A stretch of 64,000 bases of DNA, taken from Fimbriosthenelais zetlandica (taxonomy: Eukaryota). Each line of letters starts with the position of its first letter. Position 1 is the stretch's first letter. Positions 24,013 through 37,900 of the stretch are shown piece after piece. The notes under the pieces were generated by a model. The model did no database searches and was not told the DNA's origin. It saw nothing but the letters and a program-made list of their open reading frames with translations. The DNA lies in contig OZ365114.1 in NCBI GenBank assembly GCA_977030845.1, forward strand, positions 18,352,001 through 18,416,000, given 5' to 3'. The translations under genes were made by a program, and so were the position numbers.

Positions 24013-25406
24013 TCAAATGAGGGGGATGGGTGAATTTGAATGCACCCGACAAAGCCCCATATTCGGTTTCCTTCTTGATCTATATACTGTATATCGGTAG
24101 CATTTTGCAGAGTAGAGCTGTACTTTAGAGGTTTTCTGATTACCCTACTCGTAATAGGGGGCCACGGATATTGATGAGGAAATCCATACTTGATCATATC
24201 TGTCAGCCAATCGTCGTCTACGGCCCAGTTCTGCAGGACTCCCATGACGCTATAATGTTACATGCTTGAATGTTTTTGCGCGGCCTTATTACATTGTGCA
24301 CGGCGGCGGTTTTGCATTCCACATAATAATATATATATATCAAAATCTTTTGTGCCGGCTGCCTCATTTGAGGGAGAGGGCCAGTTGATTCTTTCCTTAG
24401 CGTTATGTTGCCTGGAAAGAATATACCTTCATTGACATCTATTGTATCACGGTTGTATTCACATTGAGAAATATTGTCTATTTCAGAGTACAATACATAT
24501 TCATATTTTACCGGCGGCTTAGAATGTCTGTTCGCAGGAGCGGGTATTATTCAATCTTTTTACCTCTTCCACTAGTTTCATCTCCCCTTCCCACATACCA
24601 CCTTCATGGGTAGTGACCTGCATGGTCGTTCCTGTTACCTGGACTGGGGGAGGGGGGACCTAGCTTTTTTGTTTGATCCCCCGACTTGTCAAATTTCTTG
24701 TTGGCTTTAGAGACTTGATTGTTACCTCCTTCACTATTTTTATCATTTGACTAGAGAGGAGGAAGGTTTTCCTACGTGTACACGACCGTTGAGTATGGAT
24801 GGGGGGCTTTCAAGACTGGTGGCTTTTGCCTTTTCGAAGCGCGGCTCCAGAAGACTGGTGGCCTATACCTTACTTGTATTTTAACACATTCCGACTCTAA
24901 GAGGGGAGGAAACAAACTGGAAATCATTTACCGTATGTTTTAGTGATTCATTGAAGAGCGAGACGTGTTCTTCATTCTGTTTCGCCTGTAGGTCCAGTTT
25001 GGAGACAAGTTGTGCCACGTGTGTTTGCAAGTTGAGGCGGGTGGTTCTTTTCTTACGACCTTTTCCTGGGGTTGCATCCACGTGAAGAATTTTATGTAGC
25101 TCTCCAAGTTCCCCTGCCTCTTCAGTCATTTTTACTTTGCTTCGAGTCGGCATACAATTATAAGATTATGCATGAAACAATGCCTAGGCTCTAGGGCCGG
25201 GGCCACTCGACTGGTCAGGGCCGAGTTCCCTATGGTAAGGACTCCCCTCGAGCTCTTTTACTGCTGGATGGAGAGAGAGTGAGGTGGGCAAGTGTTGGAG
25301 GGATTTATATATGGGTAAGGGGTGATTGGATGGTTTAAATTTAGAATAGAGAAAGCCACTGCCGCTTCTTATGCATGGTCAGTTTGCTTCGCGCAAATGA
25401 CGGTAT
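24013..25406 (-). mobile_element. Truncated, decayed tyrosine-recombinase retrotransposon (Ngaro/DIRS-like): 5' end, broken ORF1 and start of the RT ORF
   Basis: Minus-strand CCAAT (25325-25329) and TATATAAA (25304-25311), a GC-rich structured leader, then the fragmentary ORF MPTRSK (25153). The peptide DDWLTDMIKYGFPHQY...YSSTLQNATDIQYIDQE.GNRIWGF...IHPSP resembles, from recall and not a search, the pre-RT segment of YR retroelements (L.dfl.yGFPlgy...NH.SA......yi.kE..gai.GPf...isP). Confidence 0.6.
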
Positions 25407-25890
25407 AATTAAGATGGCACTGGCAACGGTTGTTAAAGAGTTCACTTTCGTGAGATGTGAGGAAACTCGGGTACCAATCAATGTGGACAATCGTGCCTCG
25501 TGGGTCGGCTCGTCCAAAAGATGGAGTCTTTATCAAGCTGGCAATGATGAAGCAATGCAGCACATCAACTATAATAGTCTTTACAATACACGTAGGTCTG
25601 TTCTAAACTTTTATAAGTTGATATGAATGTGAAGAGTATTCTTCCAGTCGTGGGGAGTATATAGCGGGAACAGAAAAATTACTAAATTACTATAAAACTT
25701 TACTAAATTGGAAAAAAAACAACCTCAAAGCATCTGGCTTATTCAATGACATTTATTTAGTCACAGTGTTGACGGATTTGGCTTGTTTGACTCCCATGCA
25801 TACTTACATACATAAAACTTTCATTTCAACATTTCCTTAACCATCAGCACCCATTGCACATGATACTTGATTGACTGATATATACAGTCT
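25407..25890 (+). pseudogene. 3' remnant of a fourth P450 copy plus its downstream flank
   Basis: aattaagatggcactggcaacggttgttaaagagttcactttcgtgagatgtgaggaaac... matches the last about 45 codons with substitutions and indels. The stop region and the AATAAA are deleted. The flank matches 21870-22040. Confidence 0.9.
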
Positions 25891-26315
25891 TTTAGTATAT
25901 CATACATTTCATGGAGAGAGAAAAAACTTAACGCAAACATAATAATAATAATAACATTAATAATTATTCTCACGCAGCATGATAAACGATAAAAAGAAAT
26001 ACAGATTCAAAGACCGAGAGATGGGACAATGTCCCTTTAAGAAAGGAAATATAGATCATTAACAATTTGTAGTTTCTAAAAGAAGATTTATCCGAGAAGA
26101 TAAAAAGAGAAGAGCTTAGGGTAATCTCATAAAGATGGAGCCATTCAATGGCTGATGATTCTAACACTTAAACACTATCAAGCAAGGGTCACTCTCTCAT
26201 GTACATCTCTCAATAGTGGGTACAGGCTACATATATTTGGCAACATAAACACATACCAAAATGACTTCTTGAACTGCATTATGGAGTGTAATCAATTGGA
26301 TACATCTCTTTTTTT

Positions 26316-26321
26316 TTTATT
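26316..26321 (-). terminator. Candidate poly(A) signal of the msn/MAP4K4 3' UTR
   Basis: AATAAA on the minus strand, 2.6 kb past the kinase-gene stop; no transcript evidence. Confidence 0.3.
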
Positions 26322-28927
26322 AAAACGCACCCCCTTAGAGTTCCTAAAATGCCATGAATTGTAGGATAAATGCAAAATAGTAAAATTCATGACAGGAGAA
26401 AGACACATAGGAGGAATCAATGTGGTGTATTTTCTGCAACCACTAAATAACTTGTACATTAATATTAGAATAAATAAAATAATTATAAGTGTCACAGGGG
26501 ATAAAAGAAGTGGGGAAGAGTAAATGAGTTGAAATATCTTTAAACATTTGTTATCCTGTTGTTTACAATGCCATCTTGCAGTTGAAAAATATAGTACCAC
26601 AATGTCAGCAAAATACAGTGTCACTAGGTCCAAAGCCATTTGGATACAAGGCCATGGCTATTATCAACGTTAATGCTAATAATCTTTACATTTGCTGAAG
26701 CAGTTATTTAATCATGTTTAATATACCTTAATGGATTTTGAATTATATAAACATCAAGCCATCGAAGTGGCAATCCAAAGCTATTGAGCTATCAGTTCCA
26801 TTCCTTGTATACACACCAGACCATACAAACCAATGTCCTCTCAGGGAATCCATCATTATGTCTAAAACAACTGCTTAGGGGGTAATTGGATCTCGCGCAT
26901 TTATCATACAAGAGCGAGACAGTTTGAAATAAAATGTAGACAAAAATTGACTTGAGGAACCGGCCGATCAAAGTGAATACTCTTATATGTAGCTTGGAAA
27001 AGATTATTGCTGTGGAGAGATTGGTATTCTTTATCAAGGGAAATTCATTCCCCCTCCCCTATACAACGTCCCCCCTCTTTCTACAAAGTGATGTCTGGAG
27101 TATTTTGGATTATAGAAAAAGACAAGTATGTGAGTTCCTTATCCAATCTTATGTTTGAAGCAGGTTAAATAATTCAAGAAATTGACCAATTTAGAGTTCA
27201 ATAATAAGTAAGTAAATTGAATTGAATAAACTGAATTTATACATCATATGAATACAGCAAAAGTATTCTGCAATATTGGTTTAAAACACTGAGAATGTAA
27301 CAGTCTCAGATTCCCATTCCAAATACTGTTTATGGCGTTCCTCAGGGTTACAGAAAGCAACTGTAGGACAATGAAACTGTCTGGCCATTGTTTCTATCTC
27401 TAAAGCAAGAATCCTGGCCATGTTCCCCTGTAGGGATTATGTATTATTCAGAAGGAGCCCACAACTGTAAATTGGTCAATTGCTTCTAATGACATCGCAT
27501 GTAAGTAAGTGAACCATCAGGGAAGGTCAAGGTCAGTGACTGTTTACATCCTCTTGCAAATGGTATAACACCATTAGAAGCTATTACTTATAACATTACA
27601 ATACAGAATCAGGATCAGGATGGATATTCCCAATCCTAATTAACCTTACATCATATTATCCCCACAAAGGGCTTATGTACACGTTTTCACTTCAAATGTC
27701 CTTTTTTGTTTCTTCCTTCCTACAAGAAGCAATGGTTAAACTATAAGACCTCCCTGTCCAAGACTTACATTTTTTGTTACACATTGAGCAGTGTTTTAAT
27801 ACAGTCATCTATTATGGAATATAACCCTTCCTAATTTTGATTTCTGATGGTAATGTTTTCCCTCTTTGAACCTCACAATATCAAGTCCACAAATGTCACC
27901 GATTCCTCTCGCTTGCTGACAGGCAGTTAAAATTACACATCCCAATATGTATGTATGTATACATCCTTTAACAATTCATGTGTGTTTGTTTTTGTACAGT
28001 GGAAAAGGACACTGCATTACAGAGTCTGAACCCACTGGGATGATGCTTAGCATTTCCTGATAATAATAAAAACTTACATACTTCAGCCCACAGCTTAAAA
28101 GAAACCAACAAAAAATAAAACCAAAATGTCTCGTCCTGTTATATGCTAGCTACAATATAAATAGGACATAATGATATATTTCATATACACATACAGGTAT
28201 ATTCAGATAATGTCACTGATTCCCATGTTCGCATTTATAATCTCTACACCGGCAATACAGCTCAATCCAAGTGGCTAAAGTTTCACGCCCGTCATATAAA
28301 AAATGTGTGAATATTTCAATTTTCAGCTTCAGTTGTCCCCTGTATGTTTCTCTTACATGCTAAAAATTACATTTCTAATAGGATGAAATCCATATTATTG
28401 GCCATAAATGGGAAGAATACACACTCATAGGCATACGTTTGTGTACTACTCTCCCAGAGTGCCATACAACTAGCTTCTGCCCAGCCTTTAATTCTGCCAA
28501 CTGGCTGGATCTAAATCATATACGATATTCCAGCATTGAGCATCAGCCATTATAGCCAAAGCAATGCCAATTCCATACTCATTGAAATAACTGACATGTT
28601 TACAATGTTTCCCATTAATATGAACCCATAAATATGAAGTGTTAGTACTTCAGGCCAACTTGTTCGACTACTGTATCAAAGGATGAGATGCGTCAAGATA
28701 CTTTTCCATTTTCCACAAGGTCATTCCTGGAGTTTGGGGAGATTTTTTCTTCCAGGAAATCATCAAGATTTAATTACTTTAATCATTCAGAAACACAATT
28801 CTTGTCCTAGTCTACATGTTATATATCAGCACAACACCGGCTCGTTCCTCTCACTTCACCAGTCTACCGGTGAGGGATCTAACCAGCAGGGTGTCATACC
28901 GGTGTTGGCGGGCAGTCCTTGCCCTCA

Positions 28928-31900
28928 TCACCAGTTTTGTAAGCCTGGTTTGTTGAGAGTCATAAAATAGATCTGACAGGACGAACCAGAACGAATTGAT
29001 GAGAAGAACACCTGGAAAGGAGAAGACAAATTTGGTAAAATACTTTTATCAATTAAATGCGAAAATATTGTACCTGTCAGTGAATATCATAATGATTGTC
29101 ATTCAGTTGGTATATAAGCTCACCTTGTCATTCCTTTCACACAGGAACTTGAGTTTCTGAGCCTTCTTGTGCATGAACACGCCATCCAAGTGGCCTGTCT
29201 CAGCAGCGCGGATCTCTATAGCCTTGTGTCCCCATCCCATAATCTGGCCTGTGCTAATATATGCTGCAAAAAGTGGGTAATTATTATTGGCATATATCTA
29301 GTCTTAAAATTCATACAAAGAATGATTTTCATCAGTGATTTCATCAGTGTTATGCTATACATAAATGTCAAATTACATACCAACTGAGGTGGGTAATTCT
29401 CCCCATTGCAGCACAACATTCTTGCTGATTTTACCATATGTATCCACATACACGCCCTCATCTATAACAGAGAAGGAAAGTTTTGGTTTTCATCTTAGAA
29501 CTGGCCATGATTAAGACATTTTAAATTTCATTGCATTTTCATAATATTGGTCAAACATTCAGAGGTCAAATACTGTGTAAAGTGATATCCACTTACTGTC
29601 ATAGCAGAGTAAGAGCTGCATGCCATTTGTATTCGGCAGAATGACAATCGTATGGGGTACGATAGGTCCCTGTGTCTAAAATAGACAAAAGTGAAGATGC
29701 ATGATGAACAATTGGGAGTAAAGGCGTTCTGTACTTTAAGTAGAAATAATACTATTGCAACAGGTACTTAGTCATTTTTTTCAATATTCGCAAACAATAG
29801 CAGGGAAACTCATTGGGTGTCCAGAAACGCCACATTATGCGACGATGAAATATGTATTGGAAGCTGGGATACTTTTCAATCAGATACTCCTATACTTACA
29901 CGCTTTATCATGCTTAATGATACATATATAATTGGTTATTAATTCCACTCTTGAGAGATTATGGCAGAGAACGTATAGTAACTTCTTTTTCATTTTCATA
30001 GATAATACTTAGAACAGTAACAGAATGTCTAACAAACAACTATGTCAACAGAAATTGTACAAGACCTGATGATAAAAAATAACCAATCCACGTGACGGCG
30101 GATTTTTATTCTGTAAAACATGAATAAGTAAGTCCTAGTTCATACCCATAATCTACAACCACACCACGTTATAACGACAACTAAGTTAGACCTACAGAAA
30201 TATAATACCGGTATTTTGCTTTAGCTTGTAATTTTAAACATCTGACTTAATATGGGGAAACGAAATTTTTCAGCATGTTTCAGCAAGTGGGTTGAAAATA
30301 GATAACTTTGATACAATTGACAACTTGAGTTTTGTTTGTTGAAGAGTATACGACTCTTGTTCACGAGGTGTGTCAAATTGTTGTTGGACCCTTTTCCAAT
30401 GTGACACAGTGGCAATGAGCCTTCATCCAATGTGACACATTGGCAATGGGCCATTACCAAGGTGTCATAGTGTCACTGAACCCTTATCCAATGTGGCATA
30501 GCGGCAATGGTTCTTTGGTTCGTTCTTAAGACAAAATCTGTCAGATAACGTCAGAATTGTGAGGAACATGCCCTTTAGTTTTTTAATAGAAGTCTTAGAG
30601 GTCAATTGTTTATTATTGGCGGGCTCAACAGGTAGTCATAAAGCAAAGATGGGTTGTGGATACCGCTTAAATAGACTAGATGAGAATGGGAACACGTAGA
30701 CAAGAATTGTTAAGAATACCAAGTAAATGAAGGTGACATACAACTTCACGTCTTGACATAATGGTTTGTAATAACAAAAGAGAGAAATATTTAGGTAATC
30801 AGAAACGCTTGTATATATTATGACCAAGTGCAAACGGACGACATAGATCAAGGCAAAATGAGATATGAGAACAGGGTGCACAAAATGGCAGCCATGGTGG
30901 CCAAGAAGAGATGTCATGGTAACCACATTTCAAACCCAAGTGGGCAGCACTGGCACTTTTTACGAATAACTTTTTTTAATCAATAAATTTGCCTGCTTAA
31001 AATGAATCAAAAATTAAACACTCTTTCATTTCCACAACTTATGTAATGGATTCTTTTCTTTTATAAGGGTTCATTTTTTTAGTTGTTCCCTCTCCAGTCC
31101 CAATTAGATTCGTCAACAGCAAGCGGGACACTGCCCTTGCTACCCACTGTATCTTGGAGGCTATGAGAGGTAACCATGGAAACGGTTGTCATGCCAACAG
31201 ATAAGAAGGCGCTGTACCTGATCCCTATACTATAGTTCCGTGACGACCAATCAGAACACAGGAAACAAAATCAATAAGGTGTCAGTGACGGATTGGAGTG
31301 ACAAATGTACAAGACCAGCAGTTTCGGTTCAATTCTCCCCTCTTTACATCAGATTTCCCCAAATTCTTCCCAATTTCATCCATCATAGCAACATTTTAAA
31401 ACCATTTCCCTCCCAGTAAATAATTCCCATATGAAATTAGAGGGAGGGGAAATAATTTTAGAATACATTTTCTTTTACCAGTTTCCAATTATCCATGGAA
31501 ACATGTATAATATATTTAGATTTATAAAGTTTCCCTTTGCCCAATTTACAGAAAATGTAATACATGTATTATACAACGCCCTCTTTCTCTTCGTTAAAAA
31601 AACATAATGTGAACTCATTATAACGGATAAAGTATTGCATCGGCTATATTCCTGGGACAAAATTTCATAGCAATTTTTGGGGGAACCTGCGAAGTTTGGA
31701 AGCCTGAAGTTGAGATTGTATGTCAGACGTAAGACGATGTATGTAACATGTTGTGTGTTTGGAGTTTTACAAGTATTTCTGTCTTGTTAAATGGAGAAGG
31801 AAGTACATGATAAAGTAGGTCTAACCAATGACACAGAGACAGGAAATACTGCCCTACAAAGCATGCTCGGACAGGGCTACTACATCCGGTACAAAAATGA

Positions 31901-34900
31901 AACCAAAAGTGACCCTCATCCTACACTAGACCCAAAAATAATCCAAAACTAAGCACTCAAGCACAATTTTTCTACATCTATTGACTACTCTGGGTCACAA
32001 GATAATATGTGATGATCATGTAATAACAAAAATAAAAGAAATAGGGCGCTATGAGAACAAAGAGATGAATAAAGAGATGATAGTAGCATTAATTTAAAGG
32101 TGTATATATGAATCTCACATTTCGAAGAGCTGATGCATGTTTGGGCTGGTCGTGGTAGAAAAAACAAAAAACCAGAAAGCTCATGTCAATCTATACTGTA
32201 AAACAATACAGACTCACACATGGTTCTTAAGGGCAATGATTATTGGTTAATTATAGTCTGATATCAACGACCCTGCTACATGGGAACGGGGGATGACTAC
32301 TGTTATATCAGGACTTGTATTCAGCAGTCACGATGGCCTAACCATGCTACTGACACAACGACTAAAAATGAAATCCTGCTAGTTCAAGAATGCTTTTGAG
32401 TCAGCTTTTATATAACTACAAACGAAAAGAAAATATTCACAGGAGTGAACTCTTCAAACAAAAATTGTCAATATATCTTTACTTTTCCAAAGTCAAAACT
32501 AAAGGTGATGTTCAGAGCTTGATATATTGTAAAACCATTGAGCCAATAGTCTCTGAAATACTCCTAATGGACGATATGCACGTTTCTATCGAAAAATATT
32601 AGCCAAAAGGACTCAAAAGCAGGAAGATCAGATGAAAAACATTTGAAAGCAGGGTCGTTAGCAAAGAGAAGGGTTAGTTGGGCAATAGTTTGTTTTACAG
32701 CATGACTTCACATAACTGGTGCAAGATATAAAAACAGCCTTCAGAAAAGTAATGGAAAAGGGAGAAAAATATATATATATGTAACCATACAGAGCTCAAG
32801 TACATACATGGATTTATATGTGTATGTATAGATCTCAAATACATACAAATGTACACACAGATCTTTTTTTCAGAATCTGTTATGATGAAGGCAACAGAAA
32901 TAAGTGGCTGAAGAAGGGTAGGTATGTATTTCGGTGTGAGCTTTGGGAATTCAGCATATAGATATAAAACTCGTCTATGTGAGCCAAATGCAGAAAATTA
33001 GGAGGTGAGCGGGGATTTCACTTACATGTGACGGAATGTAGATATCAAAAACTTGTGAGGTGTCCAGGTCGATGGCGTGGAAACCCCGGTATGAGCCGTA
33101 GATGACCTTCAGTCGCTGACCTTCTTCAACCGTGAGGTCCACAAGAACCGGTTTCTCCGAGAGGTTGGCAAAGGACTACACCAACGAGAAGGAAACATTG
33201 ATTTTTCACAGTAGAGATTTAGGACTGCGAGAAATATCATTTAACTTCATTTAAGGTGAAAGAATTTTTCATTTGTGACAAACCTTGAAGGCCATAAACT
33301 TGTGATAGGGCTTTGGTGCCCAAGCGTAGATCTCTACTTTATCCCGTAACGCGATCACCAAGAACTTGATTCTCTCATATTTGACTATCTTGAAGTGGAC
33401 GCAACCTTCTAGATCTCCGACATTCGTCCAGCCATTTCTCTTATCATTCTGTGGAGAAATATAAAGAAATACATTACAATCAGTGCGTTCTATCCGAGTT
33501 ATTTCACTACCTTGTATCCGTAGAGAGGCAGCCAAGGATCCATTGGTCCATGTCCCTATACCAAGACTGGAATCAATTCGATCAAATTATTCCATGTGGA
33601 GTTTTAAGGGTTAAGAATTAAATCTCTTTGTTATCAATCTTTTAAATCTATATGTATCAGCCTAGTATTCTACAGGCCCTGTTAGGTTTTATTGCATGAA
33701 TCAGAAAAAAAATGAAAACGCGTGAATAGTATACTCCAAAATTAATATGTAAGAAGACTGTATCTGAGTCAGTTCTTGTTATCATCTATTACGCAAAAGA
33801 AAAATTATGAAAAAAACTCCCATCTGACATACTAGGTCATATAATGCGGCATATCTAAAGTTCAAAACAAGGATAATTTTAACAGAAGATTGGACAGAGA
33901 CAATGAAGATGCATACAAACTGCTGACACATGCTAAACAAAGACAAAACAAAGCAGTTAAATGAAAAGACAAGACAGATATTAGGAACAATGAACAGGAA
34001 AATAAAGAAAACAGATGTCCTGCTTTCTAGATGGAAAGCCAAAGACAGAGGCATCAGCATGTACACTGATATAACTTGTCATATCCACAGCCTCTGGCTT
34101 TATGAAAGTAATGCCAAGAACACACCTGCCAGAATGGTTTCTCATTGCTTCAGTATTGCCTGAAGAACCAAATAGGAAGTTATGATGGCTCGATGGATGG
34201 CCATCAGCTATCATACATTTCGCAAGACTAGAAAATATGGGCAACTGAGAAATATTCATCTGACTAAAGAATGATGGGGAATCAGTTACCTGATTCAACA
34301 GTCAGTTTGATGTGTTCTGAGCCTAAGGATTATTAGTCAAGCCATTAAAAAATGTCAGGCATGCCAGAGACAGGAATGGTACGGGTATCTGAGATGGGGA
34401 ACAAATTCCCCAGAGCTCTGTCGAAAAAAACAAATTGAACTAATCACATAAAAATTGAAATGATTTCACCCTGCAGTGGAACTCTCGGTCTTTTTAAAAA
34501 TGGCAAGACATAATTCATGACCTGCCACAAAATGTTCTTCATAGCCGTGTCCAAGACAAGGTAGTAACAATCCATTCTGATCAGAGCTTGGCTTTTATTG
34601 AAAAAAAGGCATTTGGGCATGGCATCAATCTGATGGTAACAGATTGAGAATCCCATGACTTCACTCAAAACATTTCATGTAATGGATGATTTATGTGGGT
34701 TTCATGTTGAAAGTGGGACTAAATGAATGGAGGTGGGAGAGAAATGAGAGAGAGCATGCAGGTTCAAGGCTTGTTAGGAGGTAAATCATGGTTTTAAAAC
34801 ATTAACATGGTACAATACTGTCAAATGTAAGGTTGGCCAACACTGGCAGAAGCCCATGGCTAACTCCAACAATCTGAAGGTCTTTTCATGCTATCAAAAT

Positions 34901-37900
34901 CATCTTATAACACAATAGAACTTAGGTTTACACTTCAATGTTTTCAAATTTGTATCATCAAAATACTCCGAAATGGAGGAATTGGTTAATAAAAGTGGTA
35001 TAAAAACTATAAAAAAAAAGAAAAAAAGAAACTTAAAAGAGATAAAATAAGGAATGTTTTTAAGTGCCTGATGTTGAATGTCTGATTTATGAAAAGGACT
35101 TCTGTGGATTCAAGAAGTGTTTACTTCAATGTAAACTTAAGTCCATGGGGGGTATGGGAATTGCTGGTGGCCAAATGGGTTATTTTAAATGTTTGTAAAC
35201 AGCCATGAAGACTCACGCTGCTGAATGGATAGGTAGCCTGGCAGACTTTGGCCAACCTTACATGTAGTGTTGACTATAGGGGAAGACATGAAATATCAAA
35301 GCTTTATATACAAGATTGCACAGAGAAAAGCAAATCAGTATGGCCGATGGCAAGGGTTAGAGGAAACAGAGATTCTACCTAGAACAACACTATACCAACA
35401 AGTTGACCATGCCTATTAAATACTGACATTAAGATTGACAAAGAGACAGCTGTATTTGCAACTCCTCCAAGACAAAAACCGCCTTATATAAACCATCTAA
35501 CATCTTTTACATATTCACCGAATTCAAGCAAAAAATCTAAACAAATGTATAAAAGAGGAAAAAAGCCAAACGTGTAGCAAACGAGAGCATTCCTTAACCT
35601 ATGATGATTGATGCTGTCAATAATATCCATGCAATGATCATTATGTTCTAGTCTGTTTGGCTCTTTTCTTTTATGGTTTAGTAGGGTGATGCTTTTCACT
35701 TGTTTTGTATGAGTATGATGGTGGGACTTGAATGTTAGTGACAATAAATATGATTTACAGAATTTATATATGTTTTTGGCAAGGCTTGGTGAAGAGGAGG
35801 TGAATCTGTCCTTACTTTCTTCAAGGTAATAACTCCAGTAAAACTATCTCGATCGCCTGCATCATTGCCTCTTTTCTGTATTTAATGTGATGTAAAAAGG
35901 ACACAACAAAAGTGTTACGGAGGAAAGGTGAAGAAGGGATGGCTCTAACAAGTAGAAACCTCATGTGTTCAGTGTCAGTGTCACGATTATTATTTTTTTA
36001 TTTCACCAATGGGGAAAGATAAGATAGAAAATTAGCACAATTGATTAGGAAAAGTAAATAACAGTTCACTCAATCACTGGCAACAGGACAATATATATGA
36101 TTGTGAAGCTGCACTCAGTATACAAATCACAAACTATCAAATTCTAGGAGATTAAAAAATATACAATTAACGAAACAAAAACTGTACTGCATCATGGAGA
36201 AAGAGTATTTCTGGGAGCTAAATGCAAGATTAAATCTATAGTATTGTGAGGAAAAGGCGGAGACTCACCCCTTCTGTTTTGAAGATCTTGCTCTTAAGCC
36301 AGGATAAGTAGTAGACACGGATCTTGTTCTTTTTACCAGAGATTGTCACGAGAATGTTTTGTCCTTCCAATACTTCCATCTGCTGGAAGCGCCGTCGAGA
36401 GATGAGTTGATACACTGGAGAAGAACAAAAGAGAGAACAAGTGAAAGGAGGAACAAGGTCAACGAATACAGTCTCATTTCCGGCATTATGGGCATATTTT
36501 CTTCAAAATGGCAAAAGGCTAACTTGAAAACTGAAATTACCTTTTCCTTGTCCAGATCGGTCTAGCAGCATCAACCCATTTTCTGTTCCTATCAATAGAT
36601 TGACACCTACAACAAAAGAATCATGAAAGTGAATAAAAGCTATTCAATAACATCAACGGTTTCAACTTAAAGGCTTTTGTTAGGAAACCCATTTCTCTCT
36701 GTACATTGAAAGTATCTCAGTTTAATGTCTCAGGGAGAAGAAATTGCTCCCAAGTTTCAAACTGACAGTTAACACATTAACACTTACCCCAGAGAGCAGC
36801 ACAGAGGATGTCTGAGTTGAACCTTTTCTTGTACTTGCGTATCTCAGGTGTGTCGTTATCCACTATGGTGGGAGCCACGTTAACATTGATATGTGAGCCG
36901 CGGCGGGGCAGGTTACCGCCCCCACCGCTCATGTCGTTGTTGTTGGACCGGGTCAAAGTGCGGTCCTGATCACCACCCAAGTCACCGCCTCGATCACGGT
37001 TGTTCTCCCGGTTAGCACCAAAACCGAACGCTTGGAAGGACCGTGACGATGCATTCTTGTGCATCGGAGGTTTACTAACTGCATTCCGGTACTGAAATGT
37101 AGGGAAAATAGAAAAGAATATAGGAAGTTCATCATCTTTCCTTTTGTTCTCAGGTTTCAGCAGGTCTGATGAAATGCGGCTGATATTGATTCAGAGCTTT
37201 TTGAAATTGAAATGGAGCTTCATATTCATAAGAGATATTTTGCCAACTCGTATTACTTTCACTAGGTCTGTCTTGGACTTTTGTTAAACTTTTAAATCAC
37301 TGCCCACTGTATAATAAATAATGACTTGGAAGTATAATAAGCCATCCCCGATGGCATGCCATGAAGTACCAGCCTGGAAAATCTATTAGAAAATAAGGTA
37401 AATAAAACATGGAGAGGAGGCAATAAGAGGAGAGATTTAAGCCCATTACAACTCAATCATCCCGCTCGCCTCCATAGATCATCTCTCACATTTTGACAGC
37501 GGTGTCCAGAGTTCACCTATTTATGCTGGTTATTTACGAGCGACGCCCGTGCGGTCTCTCGCCAGGGATCCGAATAAACCAGGCAAATAACTATTGGATG
37601 ATAGGGCAGTGCCTGCCCACCATGGCCCATCTACCCCTCACTGCTCCCTCCCACGTCACATAAACAAAGAATCCATCTCACACCCGCTTTCTATTGCCCC
37701 ATTTCCTCACTAAATCCCGCAGAATATTGTGTTCTCCGGCTTTCCACACTTAAAGAACTCAATTGCCCCAACAGGCAATAGAATAAAACTATGTATGATT
37801 TTTTTAGGTTACACTTGAATGAGAGATATTTTTAAGGCAAAGTACAGATCGCTCAGGAAGTAAGTGGGGAATTGTGACCCATTGATAAGAAACGGCCATA

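Noticed and set aside
4441-29898. 18-nt identity cagatactcctatactta at 4441 and 29881
   Set aside because: Flanks do not align; a single match of this length is borderline chance.
1576-30510. Short tandem repeats considered as CRISPR-like arrays
   Set aside because: Eukaryotic context, no unique spacers and no cas genes; ordinary minisatellites.
34289-34325. 33-nt exon-like segment with an in-frame TGA (poison exon?)
   Set aside because: Splice signals are only moderate and nothing else supports it.
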